NCBI GenBank assembly: GCA_015487635.1 | Contig: WFPM01000014.1 | Location: 407 to 64,406, forward strand | DNA length: 64,000 nt | Reading direction: 5' to 3' | From: Rhodothermus sp. | GTDB taxonomy: Bacteria > Bacteroidota > Rhodothermia > Rhodothermales > Rhodothermaceae | Shown here: piece by piece, positions 27,381 to 37,213 of the stretch | Layout: the number at the start of each line of letters is the position of its first letter | Numbering within the stretch: position 1 is the stretch's first letter | Made by a program: the position numbers and the translations under genes | Notes under the pieces: model-generated | Databases searched by the model: none | What the model was told of the DNA's origin: nothing | What the model saw: the letters and a program-made list of their open reading frames with translations, nothing else

Positions 27381-30300
27381 ATGAAGAACCGCTACCAGGG
27401 ACTCCGCCGACGTCTGTGGTTGCTGAGCGTGCTGTTGCTGAGCGCCTCGGCAGCCTACGCCCAGTTTCAGGTGCGTGGCGTCGTGCGCTCGGCCGACGAC
27501 AACAGCCCCCTGCCGGGCGTCAACATCGTGGAGGTGGGCACCATGAACGGCACCACCACCGACGCCGACGGCAACTTTGTGCTCACCGTCAGCAGCCCCC
27601 AGGCCACGCTTCGGTTTTCATTTGTAGGCTACGAAACACTGGACGTGCCGCTGAACGGCCGTAACTACCTGGAGGTGTTGCTGCAGCCGACCGTAGCCCA
27701 GTTGGGCGAAGTCGTGGTCACGGCGCTGGGCATCGAGCGAGAAGCGCGGGCCGTGGGCTACGCCGTCAGCCAGGTGAACGCACAGGATCTGGTGGTCGGC
27801 ACCGAAACCAACTTCGGTAACCTGCTACAGGGTAAAGTGGCCGGCCTGCAGATCAGCCCGACGGCCGGGGGGCCGGGCTCCTCGACGCGGATCGTAATCC
27901 GTGGCGTCTCGTCGCTCACCGGCGACAATCAGCCGCTGATCGTGGTCGACGGCGTGCCGATCGACAACTCGACGATCGGCTCGGCCGGCATGTGGGGCGG
28001 TTTCGACGGCGGCGACGGAATCTCCAGCCTGAACCCCGAAGACATCGAAAGCATCTCGGTGTTGAAAGGCGCCGCGGCCGCCGCCCTCTACGGCACCCGC
28101 GCCCGTAACGGCGTAATCATGATCACCACACGTTCAGGCAAAGGCCGACGCGGCCTGAACGTCGAGTTCAGCACCACGCTCACGGCCGAAGAGGCGCTGG
28201 TCGGCTTTGCCGACTATCAGAACGTGTACGGCCAGGGCCAGCGCGGCCAGAAGCCGGCCACGCAGGAAGAGGCGCTGCAGACAGGGTTGTCGAGCTGGGG
28301 TGCCAAGCTGGACGGTACGCCCGTCATCCAGTTTGACGGAGTGGCCCGGCCCTACAGGGCCGTCAATCGCCGGCTGGAAGATTTCTACCGGACCGGCCTC
28401 TCCGCCCGGAACACGCTGACGCTAACCGGTGGGAGCGAAAATGCCGCCATCTACTTTTCTGTCACCCAGTTTAACGCGCAGAGCATCGTGCCCGGCTCGG
28501 GCCTGCAGCGCACCTCGCTGACGCTACGCGGCACGGCCACCTTCGGCCGCCTGACGGCCGACGTGAAGGCCAACTACATCAACGAACTGGCCGACGACCG
28601 CACCAACCTCTCCGACCGGCCGGGCAACCCCAATTTCTCCATCGCCTTCCTGCCGCCCAACGTCGATCCCAACACGCTCAAACCAGGCTACACGGAAGAT
28701 GGACGTGAGCTGCAACTTGTAAGCGACGTCTACACAACCAATCCCTGGTGGGTCGTTAACCGCTTTCAGGCCGATGACGATAAAGATCGCCTGATTGGCA
28801 CCATCGATTTGCAATTCCGCCTCAACGACTGGCTGACCGCAGAAGCCCGGACCGGATTAGACTGGTATACGCTGCGTCGACGGACGGTTACTCCCTGGGG
28901 CACAGCCTATCGGCCGGACGGTGACATGTCGGACAACGAGTGGCGTGTGCTGGAAAGCAACACCGACCTGCTCCTCAAAGCGCAATATCCCCTTACACCG
29001 TCTCTAAGCGTAAATGCATACGCAGGGGGCACCATACGCTGGCGCCAGGTAGAACAAGTAGGCGTCTACGGCGCCCGCTTCAAACTACCCGGCCTGGTTA
29101 CCATTGCCAATACGAAAGACCTGGCGCCGCGCTACGACTTTGCCGAAAAACAGATCAATTCGCTCTACGCGGCGGCCGAGTTCTCCTACAACGACTACCT
29201 GTTCCTGAACCTGACCGCCCGTAACGACTGGTCCTCGACGCTGCCGCCGGACAACAACAGCTACTTCTACCCGTCGGTCAGCGCCAGCTTCATCTTCAGT
29301 GACGTGCTGCCGGTACCCTCGTGGCTGAGCTTCGGTAAGCTCCGGGCCGCCTGGGCGCAGGTGGGGAGCGACACGGATCCCTACATGCTCAACCTGACTT
29401 ATCGGATTGCCGACGCAACCCATCAGGGCCAGCCGCTGGGCTTCATCGCACAGAACTCGATTCCGCTTTCCAACCTGAAGCCCACCACCACCACCGAAAC
29501 GGAACTGGGCGTTAATCTGGAATTCTTCGATCGGCGGCTGGGACTGGATCTGACCTGGTACCGGCGCAAAACCACGGACCAGATCCTCTCGACCACGATT
29601 TCAGAAGCCTCGGGCTTCGGAGAACGCGTCATCAATGCCGGTGCGCTCCAGAATCAGGGCATCGAGCTGTTACTCACCGGATCGCCCATCCGGACGCCTG
29701 ATCTGTTCTGGAATCTCAGCTTTAACTTCGCCAAAAACATCAGCAAGGTGCTCGCCCTGGCGGGGGACCAGACCGTGCTGGTGCTCGACCAGAGCCGGCT
29801 GCAGACGGCCTGGATCACCGCCGAGGTGGGCAAGCCCTACGGCACGATCTGGGGCTATCGCTACCTCCGCGACGACCAGGGACGCATCGTACATGACGAC
29901 AGCGGGCTGCCCATGCGCGATCCGGAACGCGTCGTGCTGGGCCGCGGCACACCCGACTGGACGGCCGCCCTCTCCTCCGAAGTGGGCTACAAGAACCTGT
30001 CGGTCAGCGTGCTGCTCGATGCCAAGTGGGGCGGCCAGCTCTTCTCGGGAACCAACGCCTACGCCTACATCTTCGGCCTGCACAAGAACACGCTCAAGGG
30101 GCGGGCCGAATGCGACGCGGCCGGCTACCCGGTCACCGGCTGCATGATCGGCGAGGGCGTCAACCAGAACGGCCAGCCCAACAATGTGCAGGTGCTGCCC
30201 GAGGCCTACTACGGCCGCATCGGCAGCCAGATCGCCGAAGAGTTCGTCTACGATGCCAACTTCATCAAACTGCGCGAGTTGCGCATCGCTTACCGGATTC

Positions 30301-30497
30301 CCGATCGCTGGCTGCTGCGCACGCCGTTGCGGTCGCTGACCGTCGCGCTCGTGGGCCGCAATCTGGCCTACCTCTACAATACGGTTCCCAACGTGGACCC
30401 CGAGTCCAGCTACAACAACGGCAACGCCCAGGGGCTGGAGTTGGCCGGCGTGCCGCAGACGCGCAGCCTGGGTCTCAGCATCAACGCCCGTTTCTAA
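27381..30497 (+). CDS. SusC/RagA-family TonB-dependent outer-membrane transporter
   Basis: 1038 aa. A signal peptide is followed by a carboxypeptidase-regulatory-like N-domain (VRGVVRSADDNSPLPGVNIV), then plug and barrel. The C-terminal residue is F. Confidence 0.9.
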   Translation: MKNRYQGLRRRLWLLSVLLLSASAAYAQFQVRGVVRSADDNSPLPGVNIVEVGTMNGTTTDADGNFVLTVSSPQATLRFSFVGYETLDVPLNGRNYLEVLLQPTVAQLGEVVVTALGIEREARAVGYAVSQVNAQDLVVGTETNFGNLLQGKVAGLQISPTAGGPGSSTRIVIRGVSSLTGDNQPLIVVDGVPIDNSTIGSAGMWGGFDGGDGISSLNPEDIESISVLKGAAAAALYGTRARNGVIMITTRSGKGRRGLNVEFSTTLTAEEALVGFADYQNVYGQGQRGQKPATQEEALQTGLSSWGAKLDGTPVIQFDGVARPYRAVNRRLEDFYRTGLSARNTLTLTGGSENAAIYFSVTQFNAQSIVPGSGLQRTSLTLRGTATFGRLTADVKANYINELADDRTNLSDRPGNPNFSIAFLPPNVDPNTLKPGYTEDGRELQLVSDVYTTNPWWVVNRFQADDDKDRLIGTIDLQFRLNDWLTAEARTGLDWYTLRRRTVTPWGTAYRPDGDMSDNEWRVLESNTDLLLKAQYPLTPSLSVNAYAGGTIRWRQVEQVGVYGARFKLPGLVTIANTKDLAPRYDFAEKQINSLYAAAEFSYNDYLFLNLTARNDWSSTLPPDNNSYFYPSVSASFIFSDVLPVPSWLSFGKLRAAWAQVGSDTDPYMLNLTYRIADATHQGQPLGFIAQNSIPLSNLKPTTTTETELGVNLEFFDRRLGLDLTWYRRKTTDQILSTTISEASGFGERVINAGALQNQGIELLLTGSPIRTPDLFWNLSFNFAKNISKVLALAGDQTVLVLDQSRLQTAWITAEVGKPYGTIWGYRYLRDDQGRIVHDDSGLPMRDPERVVLGRGTPDWTAALSSEVGYKNLSVSVLLDAKWGGQLFSGTNAYAYIFGLHKNTLKGRAECDAAGYPVTGCMIGEGVNQNGQPNNVQVLPEAYYGRIGSQIAEEFVYDANFIKLRELRIAYRIPDRWLLRTPLRSLTVALVGRNLAYLYNTVPNVDPESSYNNGNAQGLELAGVPQTRSLGLSINARF

Positions 30498-30521
30498 GTC
30501 CACCAACCGGTAGAGCCAACC

Positions 30522-32147
30522 ATGTATCGCAATAAAGCCATGAACCGCACGCGCCTGTTAAGATGGCCGGAACGCCTGCTCTACTTGCTCGTCGCCGTGC
30601 TCTTTGCCTCGTGCGACGCGCTGAGCGACTTCGGCGACATGAACATCGATCCGACGCAGGCCTCCACCATCGATCCCGGCATGCAGTTTACTACGATCGA
30701 GCTTTCCGCAGCCGGAACGCGCTATGAGACCTGGCGGGTCAACCTGATTTATGCCTCCGGCATCGTCCAGCACCTGACGCAGACCTGGTGGGCCGGAGAT
30801 AAGTACACCTTCAACGAGGACTGGGCTACCTCCTTCTGGCGCAAGACCTATGGAGGCGCGCTGGGGGTAACCTGGCGGGCTGACGTAAAGAACATCGAAG
30901 ACCTGCTGGCCCGCCTGCGGAAAATGAAAGAGGAAGGCGAGCCGGTCGACAACAAGCTGGCCGCCACACGCATCATGCGGGTCTACGTCTACCATCGCGT
31001 CACCGACACCTACGGCGACACGCCCTACTTCGAGGCCGGCAAAGGCTTCCTGGAGGGCAACTACACGCCTCGCTACGATTCGCAGCAGGAGATCTACATG
31101 GACATGCTGAAGGAGCTGGAAGAGGCCGTGGCCCAGTTCGATCCCAACCAGCCCACCTACGGAAGCGCCGATCTGCTCTACGGGGGCGACATCGCGAAGT
31201 GGAAGAAGTTCGCCCACTCGCTCATGCTGCGATTGGCCATGCGGCTGGTGAAGGTCGACCCGGCCACCGCTCAGCAATGGGCCATCAAAGCCATCAACGG
31301 CGGCGTGATGGAAAGCAACGACGACATCGCTTACATCCAGCACCAGACCGGCCCCTGGGGCGGCCCGGCAGGGCTCAACACCAACGCCAACAGTGAGGTC
31401 CTGGCCGTCGACGACGCCAAGCTGGCCCAGACGTTCGTCGACTGGATGAAAAGCCACAACGACCCGCGCCTGCCCATCATCGGGGCCGTCATCAAGGACG
31501 GTCAGGTCATCACCGATCCGGCCGTGCAAAAGGGCATGCCCAGTGGCTACGACGCCAACACGATCCAGAACCATCCGAGCTGGACGGGCAACCTGGCCGA
31601 CTACTCGCGGGTCAACCCGCTGCTGACCGGCCTGGACGATCCCGTCTTCTTCGTCACCTATGCCCAGACGGCCTTGCTGCGGGCCGAGGCGGCCGTGCGC
31701 GGCTGGACAAGCGAAGACCCGGCCACGCTCTACGCCGAGGGCGTCCGGGCCGCCATGAAACAACTGTCGCTCTACGATGCGGGCGGTGCGGCCGACATCG
31801 ACGACGAAGCCATCGACGCCTACCTGGCCGCCAATCCGCTCAGCAGCGACCCCGACGAAGCCCTGCGGCAAATCAACGAGCAGTACTGGGCCGCCACGTT
31901 CCTCGACGGCATCGAAGCCTGGGCCAACTGGCGCCGCAGCGGCTATCCCATGCTGGAACCGGCCCCGGTCGATGATCCCAATCCCTACCCAGGCAACGTG
32001 ACCAACGGCCAGATTCCCCGGCGGCTGACCTATCCCGTCGTCGAAGGTGTGCTGAACGCCGAAAACTACCAGGAGGCCCTCAGCCGCCAGGGGCTGCGCG
32101 GCGATCCCAGCGACATGGCCGTGCCCGTCTGGTGGGACGTGCAGTAA
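30522..32147 (+). CDS. SusD/RagB-family nutrient-binding lipoprotein
   Basis: It lies immediately downstream of susC-like. It has the lipobox LFASC, and its size and TPR-like helical content are typical of SusD homologs. Confidence 0.8.
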   Translation: MYRNKAMNRTRLLRWPERLLYLLVAVLFASCDALSDFGDMNIDPTQASTIDPGMQFTTIELSAAGTRYETWRVNLIYASGIVQHLTQTWWAGDKYTFNEDWATSFWRKTYGGALGVTWRADVKNIEDLLARLRKMKEEGEPVDNKLAATRIMRVYVYHRVTDTYGDTPYFEAGKGFLEGNYTPRYDSQQEIYMDMLKELEEAVAQFDPNQPTYGSADLLYGGDIAKWKKFAHSLMLRLAMRLVKVDPATAQQWAIKAINGGVMESNDDIAYIQHQTGPWGGPAGLNTNANSEVLAVDDAKLAQTFVDWMKSHNDPRLPIIGAVIKDGQVITDPAVQKGMPSGYDANTIQNHPSWTGNLADYSRVNPLLTGLDDPVFFVTYAQTALLRAEAAVRGWTSEDPATLYAEGVRAAMKQLSLYDAGGAADIDDEAIDAYLAANPLSSDPDEALRQINEQYWAATFLDGIEAWANWRRSGYPMLEPAPVDDPNPYPGNVTNGQIPRRLTYPVVEGVLNAENYQEALSRQGLRGDPSDMAVPVWWDVQ

Positions 32148-32171
32148 ACCTCCCCCGGCCGGTTCCAAAAA

Positions 32172-32206
32172 AGGCCCGCACGCCCTCCGGCGGCGGGCCT
32201 TTTTTG
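32172..32206 (+). terminator. Rho-independent terminator after the susD-like gene
   Basis: AGGCCCGC (32172-32179) / GCGGGCCT (32193-32200) stem followed by TTTTTT. Confidence 0.65.
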
Positions 32207-32285
32207 CTCCTTGGACCACATTGCTGGTTTCTTCGCCGGAATGTCTTTTCTTTCCAGAAGGAAACCTTAAACCGCTGAGCGCACC

Positions 32286-34862
32286 ATGCGAACCGTTCGG
32301 ATTCTGCTCCTGACCGGCCTGCTGCCCGCCCTGGTGCTAGCCCAGCACCCCGAGCGCCTGACCGTGTACTGGGGCGTGCTGGCCAACCAGGACAACGGCC
32401 GGGCACGCTGGGAACTGACCCTGGTCAATCAGGACACCGTGGCGCTGCCCGCTTCGGGCTGGACGCTCTACTTCAACTTCATGCGCCCGATTCTGCCGGA
32501 AAGCGCCCCGCCCTCGGTGCGGCTCACGCACATCAACGGTGACTTCTACCGCCTCGACCCTACCGAGACGTTCGCCCCGCTGCCGCCGGGCGCACGCCGC
32601 ACCCTGGCGTTCGAGTCGCCGAGACCGCTTATCAAAGCCATCGATGCGCCTTCGGGGCTCTACCTCGTCTTCCATGAAGCGCCGGACCGTCCGATCCCGA
32701 TCCGCGACGTACGTGTACTGTCCTTCGCGTCGGAATTTCAAACGCGGCGGCATCCAGCCGATCGCCTGCCCGTACCCACGCCAGCCCTGCGCTACTACCG
32801 GAACGCATCACTCCGGCTGCTGCCGGCCGACAGTCTGATTCCGGTGGTTCCAACGCCCCGCCTTTTGTTGCGGCGGGAAGGGCACTGGACGCTCGACCGC
32901 ACGGCCACCATCGCCTGCGAACCGGCGCTGGCCCGCGAGGCGGCCTTCCTGGCCGATGCCCTGACATCGGTACTGGGTACGCGGCCCCGTCTGCTGGAAA
33001 GCGCCGATCGAAAAGCCGCGATTCGTCTGCGCCTTGGGACAGTACACCTGCCCGACGGGACGGCCGGTGCGGAAGCCTACCACCTGGTCGTGGATCCAAA
33101 GGCGGGCATCACGCTCACCGGCACCGACGCGGCCGGAGTCTTCTACGGCATCCAGACGCTTCTCCAGCTCATCGACCCGGCTTTCTACCGCCGGCCTTCG
33201 GCGGCCATCCCGATCCCGGCCCTCGAAGTGCGCGACGCGCCCCGCTTCGGCTACCGGGGGCTGCACCTCGATGTGGCCCGCAACTTCCAGCCTAAGGAAG
33301 TGGTGCTCCGGCTGCTCGACCTGATGGCGCGCTACAAGTTCAACCGCTTTCATTTTCACCTGACCGATGACGAAGGCTGGCGCCTGGAGATCGACGGCCT
33401 GCCCGAGCTGACCGAGGTGGGCGGCTGCCGCGGCCACACCGAAACGGAGCAGGACTGCCTGGTACCGTCGCACGGCTCGGGCCCGATCCCCGGCCGGCCG
33501 CCCGGAAGCGGCTACTACACGCGCAAAGACTTTATCGAAATCCTGCGCTACGCCACGACCCGCCACATTGAGGTGATCCCTGAGATCGACGTGCCCGGCC
33601 ACGCCCGCGCGGCCATCAAAGCCATGGAAGCCCGCTATGCCCGCCTGAAGGCGGCCGGCCGCCCCGAAGCCGAAGCGGCCGCCTACCGACTCATCGATCC
33701 GGCCGACACGTCCTCTTACCGCTCCGTGCAGGGCTGGAACGACAACGTGATCAACGTCTGCCTGCCCTCGACCTACCGCTTTCTGGAAAAGGTGGTGGAT
33801 GCGCTCCGGCGGCTCTATGAGGAGGCGGATGCGCCGCTGCGCGTGGTGCACACGGGCGGCGACGAGGTACCGCACGGCGCCTGGGCCGGTTCGCCCGCCT
33901 GCCGGGCGGTCATGCAGGCCGAAGGCATCGACGACCCGGCCGCACTGCAGCAGTACTTTCTGGACCGGTTCGATCAACTCCTGCGACGGCGCGGGCTTCG
34001 CACGGCGGGCTGGGAAGAGATCGGGCTGATCGCCACCGAGGAAAACGGCCGGCGCGTGCACCGTCCCAACCCGCGCTTCCGCGATCGGGGCTTCCTAGTC
34101 TACGCCTGGAACAACATCTGGGGCAGCGGTGCCGAGGATCACGCCTACCGGCTCGCCAATGCGGGCTACGACGTGGTGCTCTCGCTGGCCTCGAACCTGT
34201 ACTTCGACCTGGCCTATACGAAGCATCCCGACGAGGCCGGGCTCTACTGGGCGGGTTTCGTGGACAACGACGCGCCCTACCGCCTGGAACCGTTCGATCT
34301 GGTTCTGGGCCCGATCCAGGACTGGCTGGGTCGTCCGCTCCCGCCCGACACCTTTGCCCACCACGAGCGCCTGACGGCCGAAGGCCAGCGCCGTATTGTG
34401 GGCCTGCAGGGCCAACTCTGGGGCGAAACGCTCCGCTCGCCGGATCGCGTCTTCTACATGGCCGTGCCCCGGATGCTGGCGCTGGCCGAACGTGCCTGGG
34501 CCGCACGGCCAGCCTGGAGCCGGATGGCCGATCCGGAAGCACGGCAACGCGCCCTGCAGACGGCCTGGAACGCGTTTGCCAACCGACTAGGCCAGCGTGA
34601 ATTGCCCCGGATCGACGCGCTCTACGGCGAGACCGTGCCCTACCGGCTGCCACCGCCCGGCGCCGTCGTCGAAGACGGCTACCTGAAGGCCAACGTGGCC
34701 CTGCCGGGCCTGACGATCCGCTACACGCTGGACGGAAGCGAACCCACGGCCGACGCCTCCCGGTACACCGGGCCGGTAGCTCTGCAGGGACACGGTGAAG
34801 TGCGCCTGCGCACGTTCGACACGAACGGGCGCGGCAGCCGCACCGTGCGCGTGGTTTACTGA
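32286..34862 (+). CDS. GH20 beta-N-acetylhexosaminidase
   Basis: 858 aa with a signal peptide. The catalytic region FNRFHFHLTDDEGWRLEI and HTGGDEV are typical of glycoside hydrolase family 20. Confidence 0.9.
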   Translation: MRTVRILLLTGLLPALVLAQHPERLTVYWGVLANQDNGRARWELTLVNQDTVALPASGWTLYFNFMRPILPESAPPSVRLTHINGDFYRLDPTETFAPLPPGARRTLAFESPRPLIKAIDAPSGLYLVFHEAPDRPIPIRDVRVLSFASEFQTRRHPADRLPVPTPALRYYRNASLRLLPADSLIPVVPTPRLLLRREGHWTLDRTATIACEPALAREAAFLADALTSVLGTRPRLLESADRKAAIRLRLGTVHLPDGTAGAEAYHLVVDPKAGITLTGTDAAGVFYGIQTLLQLIDPAFYRRPSAAIPIPALEVRDAPRFGYRGLHLDVARNFQPKEVVLRLLDLMARYKFNRFHFHLTDDEGWRLEIDGLPELTEVGGCRGHTETEQDCLVPSHGSGPIPGRPPGSGYYTRKDFIEILRYATTRHIEVIPEIDVPGHARAAIKAMEARYARLKAAGRPEAEAAAYRLIDPADTSSYRSVQGWNDNVINVCLPSTYRFLEKVVDALRRLYEEADAPLRVVHTGGDEVPHGAWAGSPACRAVMQAEGIDDPAALQQYFLDRFDQLLRRRGLRTAGWEEIGLIATEENGRRVHRPNPRFRDRGFLVYAWNNIWGSGAEDHAYRLANAGYDVVLSLASNLYFDLAYTKHPDEAGLYWAGFVDNDAPYRLEPFDLVLGPIQDWLGRPLPPDTFAHHERLTAEGQRRIVGLQGQLWGETLRSPDRVFYMAVPRMLALAERAWAARPAWSRMADPEARQRALQTAWNAFANRLGQRELPRIDALYGETVPYRLPPPGAVVEDGYLKANVALPGLTIRYTLDGSEPTADASRYTGPVALQGHGEVRLRTFDTNGRGSRTVRVVY

Positions 34863-35566
34863 GCGCCCAGCACCCGGCCGAGCAACCGCTCCAGCACCTC
34901 GTGCAGCGGGCGGTAGGCCTCGGCCGGGTGCGCCATGAGCGCCTCCGCCGGCTGCACATAGGCCGAGCGTGTACGGGCGGCCTCCAGCTCTGTTCGGCCG
35001 GCCTGCACAAGTGCCTCCACGCTCGCAGGCGTCATCTCCAGATGAAACTGCAACCCCAGCGCCCGGTCTTCCCAGACGAAGGCCTGATGGGCACAGGCTG
35101 CACTTTCCATGAGGTGCACGGCCCCGGGCGGCAGCTCGAACGTATCGCCGTGCCAGTGGAAGACGGTCAGTTCGTCAGGTACGTCGACCAGCAATGGATG
35201 CGTGCGGCCCTGCGGCGTGCGTCGCACCGGAAACCAGCCGATCTCAGGCTGGGGTCCCGGGTAAACACGCCCGCCCAACACCTCGGCCAGGAGCTGCGCC
35301 CCCAGACACACCCCCACCACCGGTCGACCTGCTTCGAGCACGGCCCGCAGGAACGCCTTCTCATCCCGGAGCCACGGGTAACGATCCTCGTCGTAGACGC
35401 CCATCGGGCCGCCCATCACCACCACGCCCTCAACGGCTTCCGGCTCGGGCAACGTCTCATCTGCATAGAAGCGCGTAAACGACAACCGATGCCCGCGCCG
35501 CTGCGCCCACGTGGCAATGTGCGCGGGTCCTTCGAAGGGGACATGCTGCAACACGTGCAGGTGCAT
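34856..35566 (-). CDS. Class I glutamine amidotransferase-like protein
   Basis: 236 aa. GVCLGAQLL (nucleophile elbow) and a HWHGD segment are typical of GATase1 / GMP-synthase-like domains. Confidence 0.72.
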   Translation of the reverse strand: MHLHVLQHVPFEGPAHIATWAQRRGHRLSFTRFYADETLPEPEAVEGVVVMGGPMGVYDEDRYPWLRDEKAFLRAVLEAGRPVVGVCLGAQLLAEVLGGRVYPGPQPEIGWFPVRRTPQGRTHPLLVDVPDELTVFHWHGDTFELPPGAVHLMESAACAHQAFVWEDRALGLQFHLEMTPASVEALVQAGRTELEAARTRSAYVQPAEALMAHPAEAYRPLHEVLERLLGRVLGAQ

Positions 35567-35641
35567 CTTTCAGCCCTCCTGCATCAATGGCGGAAATTAC
35601 ACGGTTTCCGGAACATCATGGTGCATGCGTGCGGCATCCCC

Positions 35642-35687
35642 TGACCCCCTCAGGCCCTTCGGGCCAGCTCCCCCTGCAAGGGGGAGC
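35642..35687. repeat. Hairpin repeat element, copy A (inverted relative to copy B at 56192-56236)
   Basis: GCTCCCCCT-GCA-AGGGGGAGC hairpin (35667-35687) plus flanking TGACCCCCTCAGGCCCTTCGGGCCA. Its reverse complement aligns with 56192-56236 over about 45 nt with few mismatches. Confidence 0.7.
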
Positions 35688-36102
35688 GTGTTCTGGAGGC
35701 TACAGATGGCGGGGGATGCAGGCGCCTGCGCGTGTTGCAGCGTCGAGGCTTTCCTCCATGTGCTTTCCCCCTCCCTGCCAGGGAGGGGGCCAGGGGGAGG
35801 GTGGCTCCTGCTGGTTGCTGGCGCCGACGTTCGGGAAGCTGGCGTTGGTGGTTGGCGCCACTTATTCTGGGCTGCAAGCCCGGTCGCACAAAGCTGACCC
35901 GCGCCAGCCCTCCCGAAGCAAAATCAGAATCGGCCAGCATAATGGCTCGCGAATCGGCGTATGGCTTGCTGGTAATCTGACAGCACAGGAAATCACCATG
36001 CGCCACGGCTGCAAGTACCAACGCCGGACGGAGCTTGGCACGAGATAGATCAGAAAAAGGAAACCGCACAAGCACTACGGCTCGCGCTGCAGGTGCTTCC
36101 AT
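35650..36102 (-). CDS. PemK/MazF-family toxin-like protein whose 3' part reads through the hairpin repeats (possibly disrupted)
   Basis: The N-terminal ~75-95 aa (VVLVRFPFSDLSRAKLRPALVLA...FLCCQITSKPY...GGLARVSFVRPG) match PemK-type toxins. The remaining ~50 aa are low-complexity translation of the repeats at 35642-35804. An alternative GTG start at 36075 overlaps the antitoxin stop. Confidence 0.5.
   Translation of the reverse strand: MEAPAARAVVLVRFPFSDLSRAKLRPALVLAAVAHGDFLCCQITSKPYADSRAIMLADSDFASGGLARVSFVRPGLQPRISGANHQRQLPERRRQQPAGATLPLAPSLAGRGKAHGGKPRRCNTRRRLHPPPSVASRTRSPLQGELARRA
35767..35804. repeat. Second G/C hairpin repeat (CCCCCTCCCT-GCC-AGGGAGGGGG) with a GGGGGAGGG tail
   Basis: A perfect 10-bp stem at 35767-35789, read directly. 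Confidence 0.6.
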
Positions 36103-36323
36103 GCTTCGTCTTCCTCTGGCCGATTCCAGTCCTCCAGAGCAGCCTCGCTCAAAAGCGCGCTGGACACCTCAGAAGGCTCCTCTTCCAGGAAGGTGATAAG
36201 CACGCGCATAGGTTTTTCCACAGAGACGGGCTCCAGGAATTGCACCCGTCCTTCTTTATCCAGTACCGCCTGTACCGTCTTCAACATAGCTTTTTCCAGT
36301 ATTTTTTCCAGAGACGAGCTCAC
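36075..36323 (-). CDS. Putative antitoxin of the PemK/MazF-like toxin
   Basis: 82 aa. It has a small swapped-hairpin-like N-terminus (KTVQAVLDKEGRVQFLEPVSVEKPMRVLITF) and an acidic tail ending LEDWNRPEEDEAWKHL, as recalled from antitoxins paired with PemK-type toxins. It lies directly upstream of the toxin and overlaps it. Confidence 0.55.
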   Translation of the reverse strand: MSSSLEKILEKAMLKTVQAVLDKEGRVQFLEPVSVEKPMRVLITFLEEEPSEVSSALLSEAALEDWNRPEEDEAWKHLQREP

Positions 36324-37213
36324 CGACCGTTCGTTCCCCGGGATTCCGGTGTCAGCCAGACGAAGTCGCCCAGGCCCATGTGCTGCGCCGGATCGAAGCG
36401 AAGCGGATCGGCCGACGGACGGAGCACCACCACCAGCATACGCGTGCCGGGCCGATAGCGGAGCAGCATTTCGGGTGTACCCAGGCGCCCCGCTACATGA
36501 AAGGCGCCGGTCACATGCACGATGAGCGCATCGGGCTGGCGCATCAGGTGCTCGGCCAGCGTGTAGGCCATCGTGGCATCCCAGAGCGCCTGCGCCTGCA
36601 GCAGCCGCTCCGGATCGACGTGCATGGGTCCCTGTCCGGCTCCGCGCATCAGCTTCAGGAAACGGCGTCGGTACAGGTCCGAAGGCTCGGGATAGGGCAA
36701 CGGTGGCAGGTAGGCTCGGGCCTGCGGTGAGAGCGCCGCCAGCGCTTCTCGTCCCAGACGGCTGACCCGGTTCACGTAGCGCCGGGGTGCGTTGGCCGCC
36801 AGGATCGTCCAGCCGTGCGCCCGGGCAAACTCCACCAGCGGGCGGTAGTCTCGCGCGTAATTCTGCCAGGGTCGGGCGGCCTCCAGGAATTGTGCTTCGG
36901 TGATCAGCCCTGCTCGGTACTCGTCGAGTACGAGCTGCACGTCGCGTTCGAACATCTCCAGCGAGAGCACCAGCGGCCGCTCGTCGCCGTAGCGCTCCTG
37001 CAGCGCCTCCAGCACACGGAGCTGTCGCCGGTGCGCCACCGTGTCGTCGTGCTGCTCGCCCAGAAACACCACCTCAACGGCCCCGGCCACTTCCAGCAGT
37101 TGCGCCCACGAAGCCGGCCGCCCGTCGGCCGTGAACAGGCCGGGCTCGGGCGTCTGCGCCCGCGCTGCCAGCGCCACGAGCAGGCTTCCGATCAGGAGGA
37201 TGCGGCGATTCAT
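36320..37213 (-). CDS. ChaN-family (heme-binding/Tiki-like) lipoprotein
   Basis: 297 aa with a signal peptide. The FLGEQHDDTVAHR motif is recalled from ChaN/PF04187-type proteins. Confidence 0.65.
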   Translation of the reverse strand: MNRRILLIGSLLVALAARAQTPEPGLFTADGRPASWAQLLEVAGAVEVVFLGEQHDDTVAHRRQLRVLEALQERYGDERPLVLSLEMFERDVQLVLDEYRAGLITEAQFLEAARPWQNYARDYRPLVEFARAHGWTILAANAPRRYVNRVSRLGREALAALSPQARAYLPPLPYPEPSDLYRRRFLKLMRGAGQGPMHVDPERLLQAQALWDATMAYTLAEHLMRQPDALIVHVTGAFHVAGRLGTPEMLLRYRPGTRMLVVVLRPSADPLRFDPAQHMGLGDFVWLTPESRGTNGR

